Part shown: positions 36,585 through 46,829 of the stretch, piece after piece
How positions within the stretch are numbered: the stretch's first letter is position 1
Layout of the letters: the number at the start of each line of letters is the position of its first letter
Translations under genes and position numbers: made by a program
Notes under the pieces: generated by a model
The model's input: the letters and a program-made list of their open reading frames with translations, nothing else
What the model was told of the DNA's origin: nothing
The model's database searches: none
DNA from: Opitutia bacterium
GTDB lineage: Bacteria > Verrucomicrobiota > Verrucomicrobiia > Opitutales > T3Sed10-336
Assembly (NCBI GenBank): GCA_050506795.1
Contig: JBJHCF010000006.1
Coordinates: 64,001-128,000 of the forward strand
Length of the DNA: 64,000 bases
Direction of reading: 5' to 3'

Positions 36585-37715
36585 ATGTCAGTAAAATCGA
36601 TTTCGCACGAGATTCCCCCTCCACTGTTTTACGCTCTGGTCCTGAGCGGCGCCATGGCGCTTTTCGTGACCTGGGACCAGGTTCACTGGTGGCAGACCCG
36701 CGAGGATTATTCGTTTGGTTTTCTAGTCCCGATGTTCGTGGCGTATGTGGTGTACGATCGTTGGGAGGCGATTCTTAATCTGGTAAAAGGCCGCGGCAAA
36801 AAGGGGGAGGCGGCCCCGGAAGCGTCCTCGATGCAAGCCGAAGATCGAGCTTCCGTTCCGGCACCTCACCCGGTCCTTGACACCTTGATGACCGCCGGAG
36901 CCTACGCGATGCTGATCTTTGGATTGCTGGCGTTTTTTCTGGGCGCGTTTTACCGCGCCGGCGGGGGAGCTTCGAACCCCAGCTCGCTGCTGATCGCCGT
37001 CGGGTTCGGATGCGTCATCCTGCCCATGATCTTTTTGAGCGTGCCGCGCGGCATCCCGAATCCCGCCGCGGTCGAGGGTCCCGGCTGGCAGCGGCCCATT
37101 CTGGCCGACACCCGTTTTGTGGTCGCGGCTCTGTTTCTTTTTCCGGCGTTTATCTGGGTCATTTCGGCGCCTCTCCTTTCCGTGGTGGAGAACACCATCA
37201 GCCTGTTTCTGCTCTCGCTCGTGACCCAGGTCGTGTTTTTTGTGTTCGATATGGGCGGGTTTCCCCTGGAGCAGCAGGGCAACACCCTGATTCTTCCGAC
37301 CGGACGAGTGGGGGTGGAGGACGCCTGTTCCGGGATCCGATCGTTGACCGCCTGTCTTTTCGCCGGAAGTTTCCTGGCGGCGACTTTTTTGAACAAGATG
37401 TGGAAGAAGGTATTGCTGGTGGGACTGGCGATGCTGTTCGCCTTTTTCACCAACATCCTGCGCAGTCTCTTCCTGACCGGATGGGCTTACGCCAACGGTC
37501 CGGAATCGATCGACGGATTTGTTCATGACGCCACCGGCTATGCGGTGCTGGGCCTGACCTGTGTCGGTCTGATCGCGCTCCTCCCGGTATTCAACTTCAA
37601 CCCGGAATGGTTGCGGGGGTACGACGAGGGCAAATTCGACGACGAAGAAGACTCCGATTCCGGAGGCGGGAGCGGCGCCGATCGCGATCTGGAGACCAGC
37701 GCGTCGGCGCGGTGA
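36585..37715 (+). CDS. Exosortase/archaeosortase family protein
   Basis: Multi-TM; catalytic Cys/Arg/His in 'VEDACSGIRS', 'NILRS', 'FVHDATG'. Confidence 0.9.
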   Translation: MSVKSISHEIPPPLFYALVLSGAMALFVTWDQVHWWQTREDYSFGFLVPMFVAYVVYDRWEAILNLVKGRGKKGEAAPEASSMQAEDRASVPAPHPVLDTLMTAGAYAMLIFGLLAFFLGAFYRAGGGASNPSSLLIAVGFGCVILPMIFLSVPRGIPNPAAVEGPGWQRPILADTRFVVAALFLFPAFIWVISAPLLSVVENTISLFLLSLVTQVVFFVFDMGGFPLEQQGNTLILPTGRVGVEDACSGIRSLTACLFAGSFLAATFLNKMWKKVLLVGLAMLFAFFTNILRSLFLTGWAYANGPESIDGFVHDATGYAVLGLTCVGLIALLPVFNFNPEWLRGYDEGKFDDEEDSDSGGGSGADRDLETSASAR

Positions 37716-37827
37716 CCGAGTTTTGGGCGCAAAAAAACAATCCGGCGCTCGATTGATCTCGGCCGGATTGAGGGGGGAGGATGGGTTTTGGGGGCCGCGT
37801 CCGGGAAAGAACGCGGCCACGGATTTC

Positions 37828-37989
37828 TTATTCGTCGGGTTTGGTCTTGCGAAGTCCGATAACCCGGTCTCCGGACTTCCACTGGCCGCGTTTGCGGAGC
37901 AACTCCACGCGTTCGAAACGCTTGAGTACGTTACGCTTTTTGGCGGTGGCTCCGGTGGCGACTCCCTTGAAACTGTTGTGCTGTGACAT
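37828..37989 (-). CDS. PVC-superphylum small basic (signature) protein, 53 aa; not in the ORF track
   Basis: Manual translation: MSQHNSFKGVATGATAKKRNVLKRFERVELLRKRGQWKSGDRVIGLRKTKPDE. Confidence 0.88.
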   Translation of the reverse strand: MSQHNSFKGVATGATAKKRNVLKRFERVELLRKRGQWKSGDRVIGLRKTKPDE

Positions 37990-38022
37990 GGCGCTCTGGT
38001 CTTGTAAGGTGTGAAAAGGGTC

Positions 38023-38364
38023 TTAACTTGTGATTTCGCGCGCCCATTGCAAGTATTTTTCCGCGGTCTCGAGCGATTCGACCACAATCCATTCCGGTGT
38101 GTCGTAGGGATGGCTTGCCGCGAGCCATGCTGAAAGGGTCTTCCGGCGAGCGGCGGTGAATTTGAAGAGCAGACGAAATTCCTCCGCCTGCTCGGTCTTT
38201 CCCTTCCAGGTGTAAAACGACCGTATCGGCCCTTCCACCTGGACGCAGGCCGCCAGCTTTTTCGCGACGCTCTCGCTGGCCAGTGTTTCGGCTTGTTCGC
38301 GGGTTTCAACCGTGGTGAAACCCAGAAAGAGAGATTTGGTGGGTGGAGATTCTGGATCGTTCAT
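38023..38364 (-). CDS. cutA: Divalent-cation tolerance protein CutA
   Basis: 'KLAACVQ', 'SFYTWKGK', 'HPYDTPE'. Confidence 0.92.
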   Translation of the reverse strand: MNDPESPPTKSLFLGFTTVETREQAETLASESVAKKLAACVQVEGPIRSFYTWKGKTEQAEEFRLLFKFTAARRKTLSAWLAASHPYDTPEWIVVESLETAEKYLQWAREITS

Positions 38365-38499
38365 AATAGTCGGTTCCGGGACCCGCGATGGCGGCCGGGA
38401 GGATTCCGGCGCCTGGGCGAGGTTTTGTGGTGAATCCACTTGACGTAGTTTTTCGCCCGGGTAATTGTCAACGGTTTCAGTCGAAACAAGGAGTCCGTT

Positions 38500-38700
38500 G
38501 TGAGAGAAGATTACATAGAGCAAGCTTTGAAGGTCGTGCCGGATGCGAACATTCTCATCAATGTGGTGTCGCGGCGTGTTAAGCAATTGCGCTACAACGG
38601 CCGGCCATTGGTTGAGTCCCTGGAGCGACTGGATCCGGAGGACATTGCCCTGCGGGAGTTGATCGAGGGCAAGATCAGTTTCGAACTGGCCGAGGATTAG
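38500..38700 (+). CDS. rpoZ: RNA polymerase omega subunit
   Basis: 'LINVVSRRVKQL...DIALRELIEGKI'. Confidence 0.85.
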   Translation: MREDYIEQALKVVPDANILINVVSRRVKQLRYNGRPLVESLERLDPEDIALRELIEGKISFELAED

Positions 38701-38764
38701 GCGCGCCGGGCTGCCGGATTCGCCTTCCAGCCGAGTCCTTAACGTTATTCCGGCAAAATAATTC

Positions 38765-39238
38765 GTGTGCGCCCAGAAAAAATCTTCGGGACGGTACAAG
38801 GAGATCCGCAATTCCAAGGTCTTTCGCGATTATTTCGTGGAGGACCGTTTGGAGGCGGGAATCGTGCTTACCGGAACGGAATTGAAGTCCATTCGCTCCG
38901 GCCGGGCTCAGTTGACCGATGCCTTTGCCAAGGTGGAGAAAGGCGAGGTGATTCTGCGTAACATGCACATCGACGAGTACTCCTTCGGCAATATTTTCAA
39001 CCACCCGCCCAAGCGTCCGCGCAAGTTGCTGCTGCATCGCAAGGAGATCAACAGGCTGGAGATTGAAGTGTCACAGGGAGGCAAGGCGTTGATCCCCGTG
39101 CGGCTGTACTTCAAGGAAGGACTGGTGAAACTCGAGCTGGCGGTTTGTACGGGTAAAAAGCTTTACGACAAACGGGAAACCCTCAAGAAAAAGGCGCAGA
39201 TGCAAGATATCGAACGTGAGATGCGGCGCCGCAGGTAG
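38765..39238 (+). CDS. smpB: SsrA-binding protein
   Basis: 'EAGIVLTGTELKSIR', 'RKLLLHRKEI', 'GKKLYDKR'. Confidence 0.97.
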   Translation: MCAQKKSSGRYKEIRNSKVFRDYFVEDRLEAGIVLTGTELKSIRSGRAQLTDAFAKVEKGEVILRNMHIDEYSFGNIFNHPPKRPRKLLLHRKEINRLEIEVSQGGKALIPVRLYFKEGLVKLELAVCTGKKLYDKRETLKKKAQMQDIEREMRRRR

Positions 39239-39262
39239 CCTGGGCGGGGTGATTATTCTACG

Positions 39263-40177
39263 ATGAAACAGTCTCCTACGTTTCGGGTTCGTGTCCCTGC
39301 CAGCACCTCCAATTGCGGTCCTGGTTTCGATACTTTGGGAATCGCGCTCAGCCTGTACAATCGGGTGTCTGTTGCGGTGCGGGACGATGGACGGGTCGCT
39401 TACGCCGGCAAGCGAACGGATTTCCACCAATCGGCTCTGCACATGGTTGAATCGGCAGCCGACCACTTTTTCGCGGTGTCCGGAGCGGGGCGTATCGGGT
39501 TTGATTTTGATATTACCGGTGACGTGCCCCGCGCCCGGGGTCTGGGCTCCAGCGTGACTTTGCGCGGCGGTATTCTGGCGGCGATCAATGAAGCCTGCGG
39601 AGCCCCGCTGAGCCGAAAGGAACTGGTGGGCCTGGTGACCGTGCTGGAAGGGCATCCGGACAACGCCGCCGCCGCGCTTTTGGGCGGTTTTTGTGTGGCC
39701 CGCACCTGCCCGGATACCGGCCGTTTCCTGGATGCGCTGCGGTTCGACGTCGGACCGGACCTGGCGTTTGTGGTGGTCTCTCCGGACAACGAAGTGCTGA
39801 CTTCGACCTCCCGCACCTCCCTGCCGGAAAGCCTGGCCTTTTTCGATGTTGTAAAAAGCCTGAACAGTCTCGCCTACATCGTGTCGGTTTTCGCGGTGGG
39901 CGATTATGAGCGACTGCGGCATGGGGTGACGGATTTCCTGCATCAGCCGACGCGCGTTCCCGGGATCGCCGGCGCGGATCAGGCCATCGCGGCCGGCCTT
40001 AAGGCCGGGGCCTACAGCGGATGGCTGAGCGGAAGCGGCTCCAGTGTGCTTTGCGTGGGTGCGGCCAGGGAGGCGAAAGCCGTAGGCGATGCCATGGCTG
40101 GCGCTTTTCGGGAACGGGAGATCGATTGCCAGGTCCATTTGTTGCAGGCCGACAACGTCGGCCTGGCTATGGAGTGA
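39263..40177 (+). CDS. thrB: Homoserine kinase
   Basis: 'VPASTSNCGPGFDTLG', 'PRARGLGSS', 'EGHPDN', 'LSGSGSS'. Confidence 0.95.
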   Translation: MKQSPTFRVRVPASTSNCGPGFDTLGIALSLYNRVSVAVRDDGRVAYAGKRTDFHQSALHMVESAADHFFAVSGAGRIGFDFDITGDVPRARGLGSSVTLRGGILAAINEACGAPLSRKELVGLVTVLEGHPDNAAAALLGGFCVARTCPDTGRFLDALRFDVGPDLAFVVVSPDNEVLTSTSRTSLPESLAFFDVVKSLNSLAYIVSVFAVGDYERLRHGVTDFLHQPTRVPGIAGADQAIAAGLKAGAYSGWLSGSGSSVLCVGAAREAKAVGDAMAGAFREREIDCQVHLLQADNVGLAME

Positions 40178-40430
40178 CGACCGAAAGGCAGAAATTCGAC
40201 CGTTGACCGCAGGCGGGCCAAGCCCAAGTGCAACACGATCAATCAGAGGGGTGAATAAATCGTTTATAGGCTATAGTTTAGTTTAAATCAGGCAATTTCG
40301 AGCCTGGAGAGAGGATGAGGATGCGGATTCTTTTTACCGGTGTTTTACCGGATTATTAGTTTTCTTTTAAATCATCGGTTGGTAGAAGATCCGCTCATAA
40401 CCGTTTCATACAGGAGGATTTGAAGAGGAG

Positions 40431-40865
40431 ATGAACGTGAAGGAGCTTACACCGGAAACGCGCGAACCAGCGCACGAAAACAACACGCTTGAATACGACT
40501 TTCTCAAGCTGAGAAAACACTACCGCCTGACACAGGCCGATCTGGCCGAGTTGCTCAAGGTGTCGAAAAACTACATCTGCCAGATTGAAACCGGGCGCAA
40601 AATCCCGAGTCAATCGCTGGTGGAACTGGTCCAGCGCATCGAAAAGGAACTGGCAATCAATCCGCCGGCCCACCGGATCCGGGACGCGGTGGGTGGTTAT
40701 TCGCTCGAGGACAATCCGGCTTCGGAGTATATGCGAAAAGTCTGGGCGGCGGCCCGCAACGACCGCTACCTGGAGGGGTATATTCTGACGAAACTGAAGT
40801 TGGAGTTTCCCATCGACAAGCCGCCTTTCGCCGCGGAGGAGAAGGATCAGTTGCCCGGTAACTGA
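40431..40865 (+). CDS. XRE-family HTH regulator
   Basis: 'LRKHYRLTQADLAELLKVSKNYICQIETGRKIPS'. Confidence 0.85.
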   Translation: MNVKELTPETREPAHENNTLEYDFLKLRKHYRLTQADLAELLKVSKNYICQIETGRKIPSQSLVELVQRIEKELAINPPAHRIRDAVGGYSLEDNPASEYMRKVWAAARNDRYLEGYILTKLKLEFPIDKPPFAAEEKDQLPGN

Positions 40866-40879
40866 GGGTTTTCGAACCC

Positions 40880-41338
40880 ATGCTGCACATCATACTGTTT
40901 CAGCCCGACATTCCCCAGAACACCGGGAATGTCGGGCGTCTGTGCGCCGTTACCCGAAGCCGGCTGCATCTGATTCATCCGTTGGGGTTCACCATCACCG
41001 ACCGACACCTGAAGCGCAGCGGAATGGATTACTGGAAGTCGCTGGATGTGCATCATCACGAAAGCTGGGAGGCCTTTCTGGCCGATGACGACCGGCCGCG
41101 GCGAATCTGGTTGTTCACCACCGCGGCCCGGCAGTCGTTCTGGGAAGTGGCCTTCGCCGACGGCGACGGTCTCCTTTTCGGCAAGGAAACTGCGGGCTGC
41201 CCCCAGTGGTTGCATGACTGGGCGGGAGACGAACGCCGTTTGACCATCCCGCGCTTCAATCCCGAACTGCGCTCGCTCAACCTAGCCACCAGCGTGGGCA
41301 TCGCCACTTACGAAGCTCTGCGGCAACTTCGTTCTTAG
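40880..41338 (+). CDS. trmL: tRNA (cytidine/uridine-34-2'-O)-methyltransferase
   Basis: 'PDIPQNTGNVGRLC', 'FGKETAG', 'RSLNLA'. Confidence 0.93.
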   Translation: MLHIILFQPDIPQNTGNVGRLCAVTRSRLHLIHPLGFTITDRHLKRSGMDYWKSLDVHHHESWEAFLADDDRPRRIWLFTTAARQSFWEVAFADGDGLLFGKETAGCPQWLHDWAGDERRLTIPRFNPELRSLNLATSVGIATYEALRQLRS

Positions 41339-41391
41339 TTGTTGGTGGGCGAGCGGCGTGGGGCGTGGGGTAGAGGGGCGTGGGACTTTCT

Positions 41392-41507
41392 GTAGCGCCC
41401 TGCTTCAGCGGGCGTTTGTCGGGGTGCGGACGGCGGTTCCCGTGAAGAAGACTCCGGCTTAAGCACGGAGCTACGGGGGGGCCGGAACTCGTAGCGCCCG
41501 GCGGGCG
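41392..41507. repeat. Cluster of three GTAG-type REP-like units between convergent trmL and oppC
   Basis: GTAGCGCCCTGCTTCAGCGGGCG; inverted CTCCGGCTTAAGCACGGAGCTAC; degenerate GTAGCGCCCGGCGGGCG. Confidence 0.75.
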
Positions 41508-41555
41508 AAACGCCGTGACCACTGAACAACCAACACCGAACAACGAACAACCGCA

Positions 41556-42434
41556 TCACCGTTCCTCTTTCGGGTCGAAGGCGTCGCGCAGACCATCACC
41601 CAGAAAGTTGAGGGAGAACAGGGTCAGCGCGAAGGCCGTGCCGGGGACCAGGAGCAGCCAGGGAGCGCTTTCCATGGAAGTGGCGCCGTCGTTGATGAGT
41701 AAGCCGAGAGAACTCATGGGCGGTTGCACTCCCAGCCCGAGGAAACTGACGAAGGCTTCCAGCAGCATGACATTGGGAATGGTCAGCGTGGTGTAAACGA
41801 TGATTGGTCCGGCGGCGTTCGGAAGGACGTGACGGGAGAGAAGGTTTCGCGGATGCTGCCCCAGCACGCGTGACGCCTCGACAAACGCCCGCTGTTTCAG
41901 CGAGAGGACCTGCCCGCGTACGATGCGGGCCATGGTCAGCCACTCCACGGCGCCGATGGCGAGAAACAGCAGGACCAGACTGCGTCCGAAAAACACCATC
42001 AGCAGGATAACGAACACCGTGAACGGCAACGCGTAGAGAATGTCGACGAACCGCATCATTAGCGAATCCGTCTTTCCGCCGATGAAACCGGAAACGGCTC
42101 CATAGACCACGCCAATGGTCAGAGAAACCGCGGTGGCCAACAGCCCGACCATCAGGGAGATGCGTCCCCCGTGAAACAGTCGGGTGGCCAAATCGCGGCC
42201 GCGGTGGTCGGTGCCCAGCCAGTGGGAGGCGTCCGGCGGTGTCGCCCCCTCGATGATGCGCGGCTGCTCCTGGAAGGAATAGGGAGAGATCCAGGGCCCG
42301 ATGATACAGAGACAGGAGAAGAGCGTCAGAAAGACCAGACCGGTTATGGCCGCTCGATTGGCGCGCAGGCGGTCCCATGCCAGGCGCCCGGGGGAGCGGT
42401 GAGGCAGGGTGGCGGTTCGTGGCGAAGGGTTCAT
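41556..42434 (-). CDS. oppC: Oligopeptide ABC transporter permease
   Basis: 'HWLGTDHRGRD', 'ARIVRGQ', 'FVEASRVLG', 'SLNFLGDGLRDAFDPK'. Confidence 0.92.
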   Translation of the reverse strand: MNPSPRTATLPHRSPGRLAWDRLRANRAAITGLVFLTLFSCLCIIGPWISPYSFQEQPRIIEGATPPDASHWLGTDHRGRDLATRLFHGGRISLMVGLLATAVSLTIGVVYGAVSGFIGGKTDSLMMRFVDILYALPFTVFVILLMVFFGRSLVLLFLAIGAVEWLTMARIVRGQVLSLKQRAFVEASRVLGQHPRNLLSRHVLPNAAGPIIVYTTLTIPNVMLLEAFVSFLGLGVQPPMSSLGLLINDGATSMESAPWLLLVPGTAFALTLFSLNFLGDGLRDAFDPKEER

Positions 42435-43348
42435 TCGAAGCGTTGCCGGGGATTTAGCAGCACTTGGCCGACGTCCACCAGGAGGTTGAAAATCAGAATC
42501 ATCACGGAATAGAGAATGACCACCCCGAGCACCAGGGTGTAGTCGCGATTGAAGGCGGCGTTGACAAACTCCCGGCCGAGTCCCGGGATATGGAAAACGG
42601 TCTCCACCACGAAGGAACCGGTAAGCAGGCCCGCGGCCGCCGGACCGAGGAAGGCGAGCGCCGGCAGGATGCCGGGGCGGAGGGCGTGTTTGCCCAGCAC
42701 CAGGTGTTCCGGCAGGCCTTTGGCGCGGGCGGTGCGAATAAAATCCTGGCGAATGATCTCGCGCAGGCCGCCGCGGGTCAGCCGGGCGATGTAGGCGGCG
42801 AAGAATAGGCCGAGGGTTAGGGCCGGCAGCACCCGGTCGCCCGCGGTGTTCCAGCCGGTGGCGTTGAACCAGCCCAACCAGAGCGAGAACACCAGGATCA
42901 GAAGCGGTCCCAGCACGAATGTCGGCAGGCAGATTCCCAGCATGGCGCCTCCCATGGGAACGGAGTCGAGCCAGGAATTCGGTCGAATCATGGCGATCAG
43001 TCCGACCAGGATGCCAATAACCATGGCGATCAACAGTCCCCACAGGCCCAACTCCAGCGACACGGGAAGGTGGTCGCGGATGATTTCGTTCACCGTGCGG
43101 GTGGGGTAATGGTAGGAGGGGCCGAGGTCGCCTTTCGTCAGATTGCCCAGGTAGCTGAGGTACTGCGCCGGCAGCGGGCGGTCCAGGCCGTAGTGGGCTT
43201 CCATGCGCGCCAGGGTGGCGGCGGGGATGTCGACTTCCTGACTGAAGGGACCGCCGGGAGCGAGCCGCAGCAGAAAGAAACAGATCGTAATGACGAGAAA
43301 AAGGACCGGCAGGGATTCCAGGACCCGGCGTGCGATGTAGGTGGGCAT
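42431..43348 (-). CDS. oppB: Oligopeptide ABC transporter permease
   Basis: 'LAPGGPF', 'DFIRTARAKGL', 'VETVFHIPGLG'. Confidence 0.93.
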   Translation of the reverse strand: MPTYIARRVLESLPVLFLVITICFFLLRLAPGGPFSQEVDIPAATLARMEAHYGLDRPLPAQYLSYLGNLTKGDLGPSYHYPTRTVNEIIRDHLPVSLELGLWGLLIAMVIGILVGLIAMIRPNSWLDSVPMGGAMLGICLPTFVLGPLLILVFSLWLGWFNATGWNTAGDRVLPALTLGLFFAAYIARLTRGGLREIIRQDFIRTARAKGLPEHLVLGKHALRPGILPALAFLGPAAAGLLTGSFVVETVFHIPGLGREFVNAAFNRDYTLVLGVVILYSVMILIFNLLVDVGQVLLNPRQRFE

Positions 43349-43355
43349 AAGGAGA

Positions 43356-45020
43356 TCAATCTTCGGAAGAAAGCCGAACGTCCTTGTAGAATCGATACGC
43401 GGTGGGCGTGGGCCGCCAGTTTTGCACCGCCGGGTGTTTCAGGTACATCCGATTGTAGAAGAACAAGGGCAGAACGGGAGCTTCCTTTACCAGCAAAGTC
43501 TCCGCGTCGCGGATAAGCTGCCAGCGTGTTTCTTCGTCGGCGGTGCGTTGAATGTCCTCCAGCAGGGCATCGTATTCCCCGCTGGACCAGCCGGTGCGGT
43601 TGTTGCCGCCTCCGGTTACCATGGTGTTAAGGAAATTGAAGGGGTCGAGGTAGTCGCCGATCCAGCCCGAACGGGCGATGTCGTAGTCGAGCCGGTTCAT
43701 GCGATCGAGGTAAACCTGCCACTCCGTGTTCTCCAATCCGACGTTAATGCCCAATTCACGCCGCCACATCTCTTGCGCGAGTTGGGCGATGGCGCTGTGT
43801 TCGTCCGAGGTGTTGTAGAGGATTTGCATTGTCGGAAATCCCTGGCCGCCGGGAAAGCCGGCTTCCGCCAGCAGTTCGCGGGCGCGCTGAACGTCCCGGC
43901 TCACCACCGGCTCCGGTTCGTATCCCGGCACGCCGGGCGGCACGAAAGAGTAGGCGGCGTCCCGCGCGCCGGCATAAATGTTATTGACCAGGGTCTCGCG
44001 GTCCAGCGCCAGGGAGAGGGCCAGCCTCACCCGCGGGTCGTCGAACGGCGGCCGGGTGACATTCAGGCGGAAGTAATAGGTGCCGAAATAGTCGCCGGTG
44101 GCGAAGAGCTCCGGGCGTTCGTTTTGGTAAAAGGCGATGCGTTCGGCGGGGACCGGATCGGTGATGTGCAACTGGCCGGCCCGGAAGGCGCGCTCGCCGC
44201 TGAGCGGATGCTGCAGCGGATAGAAATGGATCTCATTCAGGTGCACCCGGTCGGCGTCCCAGTAATCCGGATTGCGGCGGACCTCGATGCGCCGTCCGGT
44301 GGCCCAGCGCTGCAGAGTGAAGGGCCCGTTGCCCACAAAATTCTCCGGCCGCACCCAGCGGGTGTTGGGTTCGTCCATCAGGCCGTGGGCCAGAATGGTG
44401 TCAGGGTGAACCGGATACCAGGTATTGTGAGCCAGCAGGGTGAGAAAATAGGGCAGGGGATAACGGATACGGATTTCCAGTGTGAGATCGTCCACGGCGC
44501 GAACGCCGACCTGGGAGAAGTCGTCGATTTCGCCCTCGTAATACTCCCGTGCTCCAACGACGGGGAAGGGCATGTAGTAATAGGGGGCGGCGAGGTTGGG
44601 TGAAAGAATACGGCGCAATGAAAAAACGAAGTCGTGTGCGGTCACCGGATCTCCGTTCGACCAGGCGCCTTCCTCGCGGAGGAAAAAGGTGTAAACCGTG
44701 CCGTCGTCGGAAATCTCCCAATCCCGGGCGGCGGCGGGAATCGCTTCCAGGGTTTCGGGGTCGACCGCGGTCAGCCCTTCCAGCAAAGCGCCGATCACGT
44801 GCGATTCCGGAACGCCGCTTGTGGTGTGCGGATCGAGACTCTGAACTTCCGCTCCGTTGTTGATGTGGAGAATACCTTCGCGGTTGCCGATTTCCACCGG
44901 AGTCTCCGACGGCCCGCAGCCGGCGGCGAACGCCAGGGCCAGGGGGAGCAGGAGCCGGGCGGCGCGGAGAAACGGGGAGCCCGCAACGGGAGGGTGGAAC
45001 GAATTGGCGCTTTCGGTCAT
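43356..45020 (-). CDS. oppA: Oligopeptide ABC transporter substrate-binding lipoprotein
   Basis: Lipobox 'AAGC', 'SLDP', 'WSNGDPVTAHDF', 'VGNGPF', 'GWIGDYLDP'. Confidence 0.92.
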   Translation of the reverse strand: MTESANSFHPPVAGSPFLRAARLLLPLALAFAAGCGPSETPVEIGNREGILHINNGAEVQSLDPHTTSGVPESHVIGALLEGLTAVDPETLEAIPAAARDWEISDDGTVYTFFLREEGAWSNGDPVTAHDFVFSLRRILSPNLAAPYYYMPFPVVGAREYYEGEIDDFSQVGVRAVDDLTLEIRIRYPLPYFLTLLAHNTWYPVHPDTILAHGLMDEPNTRWVRPENFVGNGPFTLQRWATGRRIEVRRNPDYWDADRVHLNEIHFYPLQHPLSGERAFRAGQLHITDPVPAERIAFYQNERPELFATGDYFGTYYFRLNVTRPPFDDPRVRLALSLALDRETLVNNIYAGARDAAYSFVPPGVPGYEPEPVVSRDVQRARELLAEAGFPGGQGFPTMQILYNTSDEHSAIAQLAQEMWRRELGINVGLENTEWQVYLDRMNRLDYDIARSGWIGDYLDPFNFLNTMVTGGGNNRTGWSSGEYDALLEDIQRTADEETRWQLIRDAETLLVKEAPVLPLFFYNRMYLKHPAVQNWRPTPTAYRFYKDVRLSSED

Positions 45021-45061
45021 GGCGGCATGATGGAAAGAAAGCCCCGGCGATGGCAAAACCT

Positions 45062-46600
45062 TCAGTAAAAAAGATTGCGATCCAGGTTTCGGTAACCGAT
45101 GGCCTCCAGCAGGTGCGGCGCCTCGATCCGCTCCGCCCCGGCGAGGTCGGCAATGGTGCGGGCGACCTTGCGTATCCGGTCGAACGCCCGGGCGGAGAGG
45201 GAGAGTTCCTCCATGGCCTGCTGCAACAAATCGCCCTGGGAATCGTCCAGGGCGCAGAACTGGCGCAACTCGCTGTGACTCATGCGCGCGTTCGCCGGGG
45301 ATGCGGCGTCCGGGCGTCTCCGTTTCTGGCGCTCGCGGGCGGCGGCGATCCGCTCGCGGATGGCGGCCGAGGATTCGCCCGGTTTCTCGTTGCGCAATTC
45401 CTCGATGGACAGCGCGGGGGCTTCCACGTGCAGGTCGATCCGATCCAGCAAGGGGCCGCTGATGCGGGACCGGTAACGTTGGATTTGGGAGGGGCCGCAG
45501 CGGCACTCGTGTTTGCGGTCGCCCAGATACCCGCAGGGGCAAGGGTTCATGGCGGCCACCAGCATAAACTCGCAGGGGAATGCCACTTTGCCCGCGCTGC
45601 GCGAAATGGAGACCACGCCTTCCTCCAGCGGCTGGCGCAGGACTTCCAGGGCGGAGCGTTTGAATTCGGGCAGTTCGTCGAGGAACAACACGCCCTGGTG
45701 CGCCAGGGAAATTTCGCCGGGACCGGGAATCGAACCTCCGCCCAGGAGGCCGACGTCGCTGATGGTGTGATGCGGGGCCCGGTAGGGCCGTTCCATGGCG
45801 CCGAGATCACCGGAAAGAGTGCGTCCGGCCGCCGATTGAATCCGGAGAATCTCAAGAAACTCGGCCAGTTCCGGTTCCGGCATGATGGAGGGGATTCGCC
45901 GGGCCACCATGGATTTTCCGGAACCGGGAGGGCCGATAAGAAGCAGATTATGATTTCCGGCGACGGCGACCTCCACCGCGCGGCGAACCGTGTGCTGGCC
46001 TTTGATCTCGGAGAAATCGGCCTGGGGTTCGGCGGTAATGTGCGGCTTTTGAAAAAAGGCGTCGCGGCGCAAAGGGTCGATCGTTTTTTCGCCGGACAAA
46101 AAAGCATGAGCCTCTCCCAGGGAGCGGATGGGGATGACCCGAATGCCGTCCACCAGCGCGGCCTCGCGGGCGGAGAGTTCGGGAAGGAGAACGGCCTGTT
46201 TTCCCATATCTTTGGCCAGCAGGGCCATAGCGAGGGCTCCTTTAACCGGCCTGGTCTCGCCGGAGAGACCCAGTTCTCCGGCGATGAGATGTTGATGCAG
46301 GGTTTGGGACTGCATCTGACCGGTCCCCTCCAGGATGCCGAGGGCGATGGGCAGATCGTAGAAGGGGCCTTCTTTTTTTAGGTCGCCGGGGGCGAGGTTG
46401 ATGGTGGTGCGCGTGCGGGGCATCTGAAAGCCACTGTTGCTCAGGGCGGAAAAAACGCGGTCGTCGGATTCCTTCACGGCCGCGTCGGGTAGGCCGACCA
46501 TAATCAGTTTCGGTTCGCCGGATTCTCCGGTATTCACCTCCACCTGCACGGCGACAGCGTCGATACCCCGCAGCGCTGCGGATAGGACGTTGGCGAGCAT
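45062..46600 (-). CDS. comM: YifB/ComM-family Mg-chelatase-like AAA+ ATPase
   Basis: '[11 protein letters not shown]', 'GPPGSGKS', 'RAPHH', 'LFLDELPEF', 'AAMNPCPCG'. Confidence 0.92.
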   Translation of the reverse strand: MLANVLSAALRGIDAVAVQVEVNTGESGEPKLIMVGLPDAAVKESDDRVFSALSNSGFQMPRTRTTINLAPGDLKKEGPFYDLPIALGILEGTGQMQSQTLHQHLIAGELGLSGETRPVKGALAMALLAKDMGKQAVLLPELSAREAALVDGIRVIPIRSLGEAHAFLSGEKTIDPLRRDAFFQKPHITAEPQADFSEIKGQHTVRRAVEVAVAGNHNLLLIGPPGSGKSMVARRIPSIMPEPELAEFLEILRIQSAAGRTLSGDLGAMERPYRAPHHTISDVGLLGGGSIPGPGEISLAHQGVLFLDELPEFKRSALEVLRQPLEEGVVSISRSAGKVAFPCEFMLVAAMNPCPCGYLGDRKHECRCGPSQIQRYRSRISGPLLDRIDLHVEAPALSIEELRNEKPGESSAAIRERIAAARERQKRRRPDAASPANARMSHSELRQFCALDDSQGDLLQQAMEELSLSARAFDRIRKVARTIADLAGAERIEAPHLLEAIGYRNLDRNLFY

Positions 46601-46829
46601 GGTTTTATCGAGGAAACGGATTCGGGCGGGGAGGGCAATGTTTGATTTGGGTTTTATCGAAGCGCGCCGGCGCCGATCGGAATAGGAGGGCTGGAGCGGG
46701 GTGGCGGTGGGAAGAACTCCTGGGCGCATGACGATGCGCGGTTCCCGGATTTTCGAGGTGCACTAATAATTGCGTTTGACACGGGTTATAAAAGTATCAA
46801 GAAGCCGGTCTTTTTACTGGAATACGATT

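Noticed and set aside
36723..38309. 528-aa minus-strand ORF
   Set aside because: Shadow of the exosortase; overlaps cutA and the small basic protein in other frames
41556..45542. Apparent long N-terminal extensions of OppA and OppC (also PhoH, DUF502, CutA, MurF, exosortase) in the ORF track
   Set aside because: Upstream in-frame read-through overlapping neighbouring genes; internal ATGs give family-typical lengths
45050..46381. 443-aa plus-strand ORF
   Set aside because: Antisense to yifB/comM; typical of high-GC DNA
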